Positions 44,220-53,015 of a stretch of DNA of 64,000 bases are shown here, piece by piece. Position 1 is the stretch's first letter, and every line of letters starts with the position of its first letter. The stretch covers positions 160,001-224,000 of the forward strand of contig JASGJN010000017.1 of the NCBI GenBank assembly GCA_049840735.1. The letters are read 5' to 3'. This stretch comes from Anaeromyxobacter sp. (GTDB taxonomy: Bacteria > Myxococcota > Myxococcia > Myxococcales > Anaeromyxobacteraceae). The notes below the pieces were generated by a model that was given only the letters and a program-made list of their open reading frames with translations, was not told where the DNA came from and did not search any database. The translations under genes were made by a program, and so were the position numbers.

Positions 44220-44303
44220 CCGCTGTTGCGACGCAGTCGCGGAGCTGCGCCGCAACCCGGCACAAGATCGCGTGATTTCAGGTACCTCGCGATCGCCGGC
44301 GGC

Positions 44304-44835
44304 CTACACGGCGCGGCTGGGGCGGGAGACTGGCGGCCGGGCAGCTTCGGGGCGTTCTTCCCCGGCTCGCGACTGCCGGGCGGGCCAGAAGAGGACCACC
44401 AGCAGCCCCGCCCACGTGAGCAGCGAGGCCTCCAGCGCCAGGAAGGCCGCCAGCTTGGCCCAGGCCAGGCCGGGCCAGATCCGAGCGCACGCCGAAGCCG
44501 GCCAGGATGCCCAGCCCGGCGCTGCCGAACGAGAGCCGCACCAGCGCCGCCTGCGCCCGCTCCCCGACCACGCGGGCGAAGCCCACCACGTGCGCCACCG
44601 CGAACAGGGCCAGCGGCATGGCGAGGAGGTGGGGCACCGCCACCAGCAGGAGCTGCTGGAGCGTGCGCGGCTCGGTGAACGCTGCCTCCGAGCCCAGGTA
44701 GTAGGCCTGCACCTGCGCCGGGGCGGTGCCGAGCTTGAGCGCGAACAGCACCGCCGCGCTGACCGCGCTCAGGGCCAGGAAGAGCGCGAAGGCCAGCGCC
44801 GGCCCGCGGAAGGGCGCGAGGCGGGGGTCGGTCAC
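44304..44835 (-). CDS. hypothetical multi-TM membrane protein (apparent frameshift ~44485)
   Basis: GTG start overlapping previous stop; ~4 TM; YYLG...LL....PHLLAM...AH. Confidence 0.6.
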
Positions 44836-45296
44836 GCGCGCCCCCGCCCGAAGCCGAGCGCGCCCCAGGTCAGCAGCCCGGCCTGGGCCAGCGTGGCCAC
44901 GGCGAAGGTGGCCACGCGCAGCCCGCCGGCGCCGCGCAGCGCGACCACGGCGAAGGGCGCGAACAGGTCGGCCAGCGTGGCCGCCACCGCCAGCGCGAAG
45001 AGCGCGTTGCGCCAGCGCGCCGGCCCCGGGCACACGGCCACGATGGAGCCGAGCATGAGGAGCGTGAACCCCTGCAGGAAGGCGCCCATGTGGACCTCCT
45101 CCCAGAGCGCCGCCAGCGGCAGGGGCTGCCCGTCGCCCAGGTAGGCCGCCTCGACGCCGGCGGCGGTGAGGCCGCCGGCAGTGACGCGCGCGGCCACCAC
45201 GCCGGCCAGCGCCAGCCCTGCGAAGAGCAGGAAGGCGCGCACCGGCGGGCGGGCCCGCGCCAGCCGCTCCGGCGTGGCCTGGACCAGGAAGCGCAT
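44832..45296 (-). CDS. hypothetical multi-TM membrane protein
   Basis: ~4 TM; AYLG...LWEEVHMGAF; similar layout to the downstream gene. Confidence 0.65.
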   Translation of the reverse strand: MRFLVQATPERLARARPPVRAFLLFAGLALAGVVAARVTAGGLTAAGVEAAYLGDGQPLPLAALWEEVHMGAFLQGFTLLMLGSIVAVCPGPARWRNALFALAVAATLADLFAPFAVVALRGAGGLRVATFAVATLAQAGLLTWGALGFGRGRA

Positions 45297-45302
45297 GGCG
45301 CC

Positions 45303-45980
45303 CTACGCCGCCTCGACCCGCTTCACGTAGATCTCGCCGGCGATCTCCGGATCGAGCGCGATGGTCGTCTCCCCCACCTCGATCACGTAGGACGGCGAGC
45401 GCTGGTGGAGCCGGAGCGTGGAGCCGGGGATGACCCCCAGCGCCGCCAGGCGGTCCATCCGGTCGTGGAACTTGGGCGCGATGAAGACGATGCGGCCGGT
45501 GGCGCCCAGGTCGAAGCTGGGCAGGCCGGTCACCAGCGGCCGGAGGGTGCGCTGGAAGGTGCCGCAGCAGGCGCCGGGGGGGATGGGCTTGCCGTGCGGG
45601 CAGGTGGGCGGGTGGCCCAGCAGCGTGCAGACCGAGTCGGTGGCCTCGGGCGAGAGGATGTGTTCGAAGGCGCAGGCCTGCGCCTCCATGGTCTGCTCGC
45701 CCAGCGCCAGGAGGTCGCGGAAGAGCCGCTCGGTGAGCCGGTGGCGGCGCACCACGTCGCGGGCCCGCCGCTCGCCCTCCTCGGTCAGCTCCACGCGCTC
45801 GCCGGAGCGGCGCAGCAGCCCCGCCGAGGCGAGCGCGTCCAGGTCCCCCACCCCGGCGCCGGGCGCGTGGTCCGCGCCGGTGGCCGCCAGCACGGCCTCG
45901 GCGCGATCGCGCCCCGCCTCACGCTCGGTGAACACGGCCTCGAGGATCTCCTCCTGCCGCTGCTGCCCGTTGACGCTCAC
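45303..45980 (-). CDS. DtxR/MntR-like protein with C-terminal FeoA domain
   Basis: LT..G...A..VVRRHRL.E, AC.FEH, LGHP.TCPHG.PIP; FeoA-like RL.ALG.IPG. Confidence 0.85.
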   Translation of the reverse strand: MSVNGQQRQEEILEAVFTEREAGRDRAEAVLAATGADHAPGAGVGDLDALASAGLLRRSGERVELTEEGERRARDVVRRHRLTERLFRDLLALGEQTMEAQACAFEHILSPEATDSVCTLLGHPPTCPHGKPIPPGACCGTFQRTLRPLVTGLPSFDLGATGRIVFIAPKFHDRMDRLAALGVIPGSTLRLHQRSPSYVIEVGETTIALDPEIAGEIYVKRVEAA

Positions 45981-46222
45981 GCGACGGTGCTCCTCTCCTC
46001 GGGGTTCTCCGGCCGCGGCGCGGGGCGCCGGTGGAGCCGGTCCAGCAGCTTGCGCAGGCCGGCCGCCACGCCGGCCTCCTGCGGGAACGAGTAGCCGCAG
46101 GACGGGCAGCAGACGACGTGGCAGCCCTTCGACATCGGGCAGCTGGGCCGGCAGCCCTGCCCCGAGGCGTCGAAGGTGGTCCCGCAGAGCGGGCACTGCT
46201 CGTTGCGTTCCAGCGCAGACAT
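45977..46222 (-). CDS. small Cys-rich protein (possible Fe-S/Zn binder)
   Basis: CPLC...C..SCP...GC..VCCPSC; sits between feoB and the DtxR-FeoA gene, overlapping the latter. Confidence 0.7.
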   Translation of the reverse strand: MSALERNEQCPLCGTTFDASGQGCRPSCPMSKGCHVVCCPSCGYSFPQEAGVAAGLRKLLDRLHRRPAPRPENPEERSTVA

Positions 46223-46235
46223 GACCGCTCCGTTC

Positions 46236-48299
46236 CTAGTGGACCAGCCGCATGAGCTGGTTCACGCCGGCGCCGACGCCGAAGGCGAAGGGCAGGATGA
46301 AGGCCAGCATGCCCACGCCGGTCTTCCAGCCGCGCTCCTTCAGGATCATGAAGAAGTTGGCGATGCAGGGGATGAAGAGCGTGATGGTCACCAGCGCCAC
46401 CACCACCTGGATCTCCATCGACCAGGTGAGCGTGCCCGCGTCCATGTACGGCTTGAAGTGGGCGAACAGGCCGGCCGCGGCGTAGTCGCGCCGCAGGAAG
46501 CCCAGGATGAAGGCGCTGGCCGCGTCGGAGGGCAGGCCCAGCAGCCCGACCACCACCGGCGAGAGGGCCTTCTCCAGCACCGCCAGCCCGTGGACGCGGT
46601 CCAGCACCCAGAGGATGAGCGTGCCGAGCACGAACAGCGGCAGCGCCTCGCGCAGGTACCACTCGATGCGCGAGGTGGTCTTGACCAGCACGTTGCCGGC
46701 CTGGGGGACGCGGAGCGGCGGCAGCTCGAGGATGAAGTCCGAGCCGCGCCCGGGGATGACCTTGGCCGCCAGCCAGCCCACCAGGAAGATGACGAACAGC
46801 AGCGAGCCCACGAACCAGAGGTTGGCGGCCAGCGACAGGTTGGCGGTCATGGCCAGGATCACCGCCAGCTGCGCCGAGCAGGGGACGCCCAGCGCCAGCA
46901 GCAGCGTGACGATCACCCGCTCCTTCCGCGTCTCCATGATCCGGGCGGTCATGGTGGCCATGGTGTCGCAGCCCAGCCCCAGCACCATGGGGAGCACGGC
47001 CTTGCCGTTGAGCCCCATCCGCTTGAAGAGCTTGTTCACCATCACCGCCAGGCGCGGCAGGTAGCCGGAGTCCTCCAGCACGCTGAAGGCGATGAAGAAG
47101 GTGGTGACGATGGGGAGCACGATGGCGATGCCGTAGGAGAGCCCCATCGACACCAGCCCGTACTTGCCGACCAGGAACCCGGCGGTCTCCTCGTGCGGCA
47201 CGCCCGCCGGGCCCACCAGGAACTCCTGGATGGCGCCGGCCGGGGTCACGAAGCGGACCGCCGCGTCGGTCCAGGGGATGAGGTACTCGGCGAAGACGGT
47301 GTTCTCGAGGAAGTCCACCAGCGTGCCCGCGCCCAGCACGCCCACGAACTGGTAGGCCACGTAGAGCACCAGCCCCAGCAGCGGGACGCCCCACAGCGGG
47401 TGGGTGCTCCAGCCGCCCAGCCGGCGGGCGAAGCCGCTGGTGGCGGAGGCCGCGCCCCGGCTCAGCACCTCGTCGTGGAGCCGGTCCACCGTGGCCAGGC
47501 GCTGGCGCGCCACCACGAACCGCAGCGACTCGGGGTAGCGGGACGCCAGCTCGCGCCGGACGACGTCCACCCGGGCCAGGTCGGCCGCGGAGAGGCGGGC
47601 CGCCAGGTGGGCCCGCAGCGACTCGTCCCCGACCAGCGCCATCAGCGCCAGCGCGCGCCGGCCGATGCCGCCCTCCGGCATGAGCGGCGTCACCTCGGCC
47701 AGCGCGCCCTCGATGGCGGCGTCGTAGCGCGGGCGCCAGGGCGAGGCGCGGGCCGCCGCGAGCCGCGCCTGGAGCTGGGGCAGGCCCCGCCGCTCCACCG
47801 CCACGGTCCGGACCACGTCGATCTGCAGCGCGGCGGCCAGCGCCGCCTCGTCGATGCGGATGCCGCGGCTCTCCGCCTCGTCGGCCATGTTGAGGGCCAG
47901 CACGAACGGCACCTCGGCCTCGGCCAGCTGCGCCGCCAGCAGCAGGCCGCGGCGCAGGTTCTTGGCGTCGCAGACCTGCAGGCAGGCGTAGCCGCGCTCG
48001 GAGAGCAGGATGTCCCGGGTCACCTGCTCGTCCTCGGACATGGGGAGCAGGTTGTTGGTGCCCGGCGTGTCCATCACGTGCCAGGTCTCGCCCTCGATGG
48101 TGGCCGAGCCGCGCGTCACCTCGACGGTGGTGCCGGGGTAGTTCGAGACCGTGACGTAGGTGCCGGTGAGCGCGCCGAAGAGCACGCTCTTGCCGACGTT
48201 GGGGTTGCCGACCAGGATCACCGAGCGCGAGGCGGCCACGACCTTCTTGCGGTCGAGATCGCCCTCGCGGTGGCAGGCGGCGGAGGCGGGAGGGCTCAC
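46236..48299 (-). CDS. feoB: ferrous iron transporter FeoB
   Basis: GNPNVGKS, NYPGTTV, DTPG, NMAD; LEDSGYLPR, LGLGC, PCSAQL, FILELPP. Confidence 0.95.
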   Translation of the reverse strand: MSPPASAACHREGDLDRKKVVAASRSVILVGNPNVGKSVLFGALTGTYVTVSNYPGTTVEVTRGSATIEGETWHVMDTPGTNNLLPMSEDEQVTRDILLSERGYACLQVCDAKNLRRGLLLAAQLAEAEVPFVLALNMADEAESRGIRIDEAALAAALQIDVVRTVAVERRGLPQLQARLAAARASPWRPRYDAAIEGALAEVTPLMPEGGIGRRALALMALVGDESLRAHLAARLSAADLARVDVVRRELASRYPESLRFVVARQRLATVDRLHDEVLSRGAASATSGFARRLGGWSTHPLWGVPLLGLVLYVAYQFVGVLGAGTLVDFLENTVFAEYLIPWTDAAVRFVTPAGAIQEFLVGPAGVPHEETAGFLVGKYGLVSMGLSYGIAIVLPIVTTFFIAFSVLEDSGYLPRLAVMVNKLFKRMGLNGKAVLPMVLGLGCDTMATMTARIMETRKERVIVTLLLALGVPCSAQLAVILAMTANLSLAANLWFVGSLLFVIFLVGWLAAKVIPGRGSDFILELPPLRVPQAGNVLVKTTSRIEWYLREALPLFVLGTLILWVLDRVHGLAVLEKALSPVVVGLLGLPSDAASAFILGFLRRDYAAAGLFAHFKPYMDAGTLTWSMEIQVVVALVTITLFIPCIANFFMILKERGWKTGVGMLAFILPFAFGVGAGVNQLMRLVH

Positions 48300-48802
48300 G
48301 AGCGGACCTCGCTGCCAGGGGCGCTGCACTGCGCGCACCGGCCGTAGAGCTCGAGCCGGTGGCGCTCCACCAGGAACCCGTGGCGGCGCGCCACCGCGGC
48401 CTGGAGCGCCTCGATCTCGTCGTCGGCGAACTCCACGATGGCGGCGCAGGCGGTGCAGATGAGGTGGTCGTGGTGGGCTCGCCCGGCCGCCACCTCGTAG
48501 CGCGTCTGCCCGTCGCCGAACTGGCGCGCCACCGCCAGCCCGCCCTCGGCCAGCAGCTTCATGGTCCGGTACACCGTCGCCACGCTCACCCGCGCATCCT
48601 CCTCACGCACCCGCGCCACCAGGTCGTCCACGCTCACGTGGCCGGTCATCCCGAAGAAGACCTCGGCCACTTGCTCGCGCTGCCGCGAGTGCTTGAGGCC
48701 CCGCGCCTCGAGGTACGCCGCCAGGCGGCGGACCGGGGGCGTCCCGCGCCCCGCTTGGGAACGCTCGCCCTGCCCCGCCCTGTTCCGGATGGTCGTCGCC
48801 AT
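48296..48802 (-). CDS. fur: Fur family regulator
   Basis: S.ATVYRT, HHDHLIC..C, L.LYG.C..C. Confidence 0.9.
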   Translation of the reverse strand: MATTIRNRAGQGERSQAGRGTPPVRRLAAYLEARGLKHSRQREQVAEVFFGMTGHVSVDDLVARVREEDARVSVATVYRTMKLLAEGGLAVARQFGDGQTRYEVAAGRAHHDHLICTACAAIVEFADDEIEALQAAVARRHGFLVERHRLELYGRCAQCSAPGSEVRS

Positions 48803-48806
48803 GACT

Positions 48807-48825
48807 GATAACGATTCTCAGTATC
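48807..48825. promoter_or_regulatory. Fur box
   Basis: GATAACGATTCTCAGTATC, 15/19 match to consensus GATAATGATAATCATTATC, 4 bp from the fur start codon. Confidence 0.85.
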
Positions 48826-48908
48826 AGGATCCGCTCACGCAGGCAATCCCCACGATCCCGGGCCAGCGAGACAGGGGAAAGCCCAGCGGTTGGGCGGGGG
48901 TGCGCCTG

Positions 48909-49502
48909 CTACCGAGCGTCCGGCCAGCGCTCGCGCCAGCGGGCGGCGGCCTCCGGGCCGCCCAGATCGCGACCGGTCAGCGCCACCAGCGAGGCGTGCG
49001 CCTCGCTGCGGACGACCGGATCCGGATTTCCCAGCATCCCGACCAGGCGCGGGGCCAGCCGCTGGCCTTCCACCTTGGGCCGGTGGCGCACCAGCTCGGC
49101 GGCCAGGCCGCGCAGCTGCGGGTCGTCCGACAGCAGCGCGCGCTCCAGGTCCGGGGCCGGGCGCCTGGGCGTCGGGCGATCCAGCACCAGCCCGGCCACC
49201 ACCCCCACCACCACCGCCATGAGCGCGACCTGCACCAGCGCCTTGCCGGCGGGGTAGCGCCCGGCCCGCACCAGCGCGAACCGGTAGACGGCGTACCCGA
49301 AGACGAAGATCACCAGCAGGCCGGGGGGCACGGCCAGGGCCGCGTGGGGCCACCGCCCCTCCGCCACCGCCTCCCTCAGCTCGGGGAGTCCGGCCAGGGT
49401 CAGCGCGGCCGACACCAGCAGCAGGCCCAGCAGCGACCAGCGCAGCGCCCGGATCCAGGTGGGGATCCGCGTCGCGGGCCCCTCGATGCTCACGTCCGAC
49501 AT
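48909..49502 (-). CDS. membrane protein with C-terminal HEAT repeats
   Basis: Three TM segments, then L.SDDP.LR..A and L...DP.VR..A..SL..LTG. Confidence 0.65.
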   Translation of the reverse strand: MSDVSIEGPATRIPTWIRALRWSLLGLLLVSAALTLAGLPELREAVAEGRWPHAALAVPPGLLVIFVFGYAVYRFALVRAGRYPAGKALVQVALMAVVVGVVAGLVLDRPTPRRPAPDLERALLSDDPQLRGLAAELVRHRPKVEGQRLAPRLVGMLGNPDPVVRSEAHASLVALTGRDLGGPEAAARWRERWPDAR

Positions 49503-49581
49503 GCCTGGAGTGAAGCACGCGGAGTGTCGCGGAGCAACGCCCTCTTGACTCGTGCGCATGGGTCGGCAAGGTTCCGGCGCC

Positions 49582-51088
49582 ATGGCCGAGGTCGACGCGG
49601 AGATCCTGGAGCGGGTGGCGCGCTGGTGCGCGGAGGCGGGCCGCCAGGCCGGGCTGGAGGAGATCCGGCGCGCGCTGGCACCGCTGGCCTGGGACGAGCA
49701 GCTGCGGGTCCGGGCCCTGCTGGCAGATGCGCCCCCGGCCCAGCCCCTGGGGCCGCACGCCCTGGTGGACCTGGCGCGCGGCGTCCCCGCCGACGTGGCG
49801 GCCGAGCGCGAGCGGGCCGGGCAGTACCGGCGCGAGGACGACGACGCGGCGGAGGCGGAGCAGGCCCCCGCCACGGCCGCCCCCCGCAAGAAGCCGCCCC
49901 GCGCCAAGAAGGGTGCGGCGCTGGTGATCCGGCGCGCCCGCGACCGCGTGCCCACCGCCGAGGCGTCGGCGCCGCGGCTGCCCCGGCTGGAGGAGCTGTT
50001 CCAGCCGGAGGGCCGCGCCGTGCTGGAGGGGCTGATCGGGACCCACGGCGCGCGGCGCGCGCACCTGGTCACCGCCGTCGCGGCCGGCTGGCTGCGCGGC
50101 GACGGCACGCCGCCTGGCGAGGAGGAGCTGGCCGACCTGCTGGAGGAGCACGGCCTGGCGCGCGGCTTCGAGCGGCGCGAGAAGGACGAGCTGCTCCACG
50201 CCCTGCGCGCCGCGGGCGGCGTGCTGGCGCGCGCCGCGGAGGCGGAGGGCGTGACGCCCGAGGCCTACCGGGCGGCGCTGGAGCGCCTGGGCGCGGCGGG
50301 CGAGGCCGAGCGGATCCGCGAGGAGCGGCGGGCCGAGCTGCGCAGCCGGGCGCTGCTCTCGGAGCGGGCGCGGCTCCTGCTGGAGGACCGGCCCAGGCTG
50401 GAGGATTCTGGAGCTGGCGGGCGAGCTGGAGCAGGATCTGCGGGAGCGGCTGCCGGAGCACATGAAGGCGCTGCTGGCCGGCGGGCTGCCGCTGCTGCCG
50501 GCCCTTGGGCGTAGCCTGTCGATCGGGCTCGAGGGCGCCCAGGCGTTGATCGCCGCGCTGGGGGTCGACCTGACCGCGCTGGGCGGTGCGGCGACCGCGC
50601 CGCGCCAGGCGGGCGGCCCGCGGGGCGAGGGCCGGCCGCCGCGCCGGGAGCGACCCGAGCGCGGCGAGCGGCCGGACCGCCGGGAGCGGCCGCCGCGCGA
50701 GCGCACGGGCGCTGGCGAGCGCCCGCCGCGGGCGGATCGCGGCGCGCGTCCCTTCGCTGCTCGCCCTGCGTCCGGTGCGCGCCGCGAGGGCGCCGCTCCG
50801 CGCCCGGTGGGCGGCGAGCGCACGCCGCGGCGCCGCACGGAAGGCGGGGGCGCTCAGCGCATGGGCGGCGACGCGCGGCCCGCGGGGCCGCGGTCGGGCC
50901 CCGGGCGGCCGATGGGCGCGAGGCCCGGCGGCCCGCGCACGGGCCCCGGGCGGCCGATGGGTGCGAGGCCAGGTGGCCCGCGCACGGGCCCGGGGCGGCC
51001 GGCGGGTGCGCGGCCGGGTGGGCCGCGGCCGGGTGGCTCGCGGCCGCCGCCGCGCGGCGGGCCGGGGCGCCGGCCCCCGCGGCGCTGA
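49582..51088 (+). CDS. hypothetical protein with Fis-like HTH segment and Arg/Gly/Pro-rich tail (apparent frameshift ~50408)
   Basis: AL...GGVLARAAEAEGVT; 45-bp tandem repeat (GPGRPMGARPGGPRT) x3 at ~50896-51030. Confidence 0.55.
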
Positions 51089-51095
51089 GCCGGCC

Positions 51096-51459
51096 TCAGC
51101 CCTTCGCCTTCGGCGCGGGCTTGCCCTTCTCGAACGTGGCGCCGTCGCCGTACCTGGCGACGATGGCCTTCTTGGTGTCGAGGCCGGTCAGCTCGATCAC
51201 GAACGTCGGCACGCGCCGCGCGCGGCGGTCGGCGGCCCACCGGGTCAGCTCGGCGCGGGCGCTGCGGCGCCCCCCTCCCGCGGGGCGCGCCCGGCGGCCC
51301 GGCGCCTTCACGCCGGCCTCGAGCTGCGCCGCCAGCCGCTCCGCCGCAAGCTCGGCGATGGCTCGGGCGATGCTCGGCCGAGGCGCGCTTGACCACCTCG
51401 TCCATGGCGCTGCGGACCAGTTCGTCGATGCTGCTGGAGGCGGAGGCGGTGCGGGGCAT
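51096..51459 (-). CDS. small basic hypothetical protein (apparent frameshift ~51382)
   Basis: Helical N-terminus, Arg-rich linker, C-terminal W..D.RARRVP.FVIE.TGL.TKK. Confidence 0.55.
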
Positions 51460-51573
51460 GTGGTGTCCTGGCGCAAACTGGGTCAATCGGGATTGGAACG
51501 ACCGGCTTTCCCCGCGACTATAGATCGCGCAGCCATGCGCCCGCGGCGGTTTTCTGGTACGGTCCGCCGCCGA

Positions 51574-51657
51574 GGCCCTCTGGCGAAACGGTAAACGCGC
51601 TCGACTCAAAATCGAGTGGGGCGACCCCCCGTCCCGGTTCGAGTCCGGGGAGGGCCA
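51574..51657 (+). tRNA. tRNA-Leu(CAA)
   Basis: GGCCCTC/GAGGGCC acceptor, CTCGA-CTCAAAA-TCGAG anticodon arm, long variable arm; CCA not encoded. Confidence 0.93.
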
Positions 51658-51761
51658 ATCCAGCCTGACCCCCCGTCCGCACGGCCTTTTTCCTTGCGGC
51701 GGGGCGCCGCGCGCGTGTATCGGTACGCGGCCTCCCCCACCCCCACCCCGGACGCGCCGCC

Positions 51762-52484
51762 ATGTTGAACCTGCTCATCAGCCTCGCCGTCGGTGCCGTC
51801 GTGACCGCCGGCATCCTGCTCGGCACCGAGTTCGGCTGGGCGGCGGCCATCTTCCCGGGCCTGGTCGCGCTTGTCGCGACCTACATCGTGCTGCTGCGCC
51901 GGACCAGCAAGCAGCTGCAGGCGGTCTTCGACTCGGTGCAGAAGGACATCCAGGCGCGCCGGATCGAGAAGGCCATCGCCACGCTGCGGACCAGCTTCGG
52001 CCTGGCGCGCTGGCAGTTCCTGGTGGGCTCGCAGCTCCACTCGTACATCGGCTTCCTGCTCTACACGCAGCAGGACCTCGACGGCGCCCTGCCCCACCTC
52101 GAGAAGAGCTTCTCGCGCAACTGGGTCTCGCGCGTGATGCTGGCGGCCACGCACTACAAGCGGAAGGACCTGGCCGGCGCGCGCAAGGTGCTGGAGGCCA
52201 CGGCCCGCGACAACAAGAAGGAAGGGCTGGTCTGGGCCACCTACGCCTGGCTGCTGGAGAAGGAAGGCCAGCACGACGAGGCCATCGCGGTCCTGGGCCG
52301 CGGCACCGCCGCCAGCCCGGGCGACGAGAAGCTCAAGGCCGCGCTGCAGTCGCTCCAGAACGACAAGAAGCTCAAGCTGGGCAAGCTCTACCAGGAGCAG
52401 TGGTTCCAGTTCATGCTGGAGGCCCCTCCGCCGCAGTTCGCGGGCCCGGGCTTCCGCGGCGGCAAGCGCGCGCTGTATCGCTGA
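51762..52484 (+). CDS. membrane-anchored TPR protein
   Basis: Two N-terminal TM segments, TPR-like helical repeats. Confidence 0.7.
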   Translation: MLNLLISLAVGAVVTAGILLGTEFGWAAAIFPGLVALVATYIVLLRRTSKQLQAVFDSVQKDIQARRIEKAIATLRTSFGLARWQFLVGSQLHSYIGFLLYTQQDLDGALPHLEKSFSRNWVSRVMLAATHYKRKDLAGARKVLEATARDNKKEGLVWATYAWLLEKEGQHDEAIAVLGRGTAASPGDEKLKAALQSLQNDKKLKLGKLYQEQWFQFMLEAPPPQFAGPGFRGGKRALYR

Positions 52485-52486
52485 AG

Positions 52487-52750
52487 CGGGGGCTGCGCCC
52501 CCGCCCCGCCGGCAGAGCCGTCGGGGCCCCACCCCTGCTGCGCTGGGTCCCGCCGCGCTGCGGGCCCGGATCATCCAGACAGTGGAATTGGCCCTTGCGC
52601 GGCACCCAGCGTCGAGGGGCTGCGCCCCTCCCCCAGCTGCGCTGGGGCCCCCACCCTGCGAGCCGCGGGCAGCGCTCCTGGCAGAGCTCGGGGGCTGCGC
52701 CCCTCCCCAGCTGCGCTGGGGCCCCCACCCCGCGAGCCGCGGGCAGCCTC
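52487..52750. repeat. REP-like cluster, family 2 (GGGGCTGCGCCCC hairpins)
   Basis: Near-identical ~57-bp copies at ~52616 and ~52691, a variant at 52487, and a relative at ~36616. Confidence 0.8.
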
Positions 52751-52776
52751 CGGCAGGGCACGGGGCCCGATGTCTT

Positions 52777-52794
52777 CGCTCCCGACCGGGAGCG
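52777..52794 (-). promoter_or_regulatory. SECIS-like hairpin
   Basis: CGCTCCC-GGTC-GGGAGCG on the minus strand; loop starts 18 nt after the UGA and begins with G. Confidence 0.75.
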
Positions 52795-52796
52795 TG

Positions 52797-53015
52797 TCAG
52801 ACGCTTCAAGTGCCGCCGTAGCCGACGGTCACCCGCCCCTTCTCCACGATGAGCGGGACGCGGCGTTCGCCGCCGGACAGCTCCAGGAAGCGGCGCATCG
52901 CCTCCGGGTCCTTCTTCACGTTGAAGTACTCCACCTCGAGGCCGCGGGCCGCGTACTCCTCCCGGGCGGCCGAGGTGTAGCCGCACGTGTCCTTGCCGTA
53001 GATCTGGACCTTCAT
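52797..53015 (-). CDS. UXX-star glutaredoxin-like selenoprotein (Sec at TGA 52806-52808)
   Basis: Grx-like IYGKDTCGYT...RRVP.IV; ends GYGGT-TGA-S-V-TGA with a downstream SECIS-like hairpin. Confidence 0.82.

Noticed and set aside
51574..51760. Genomic island at tRNA-Leu
   Set aside because: No integrase, no duplicated tRNA 3' end and no compositional shift nearby.
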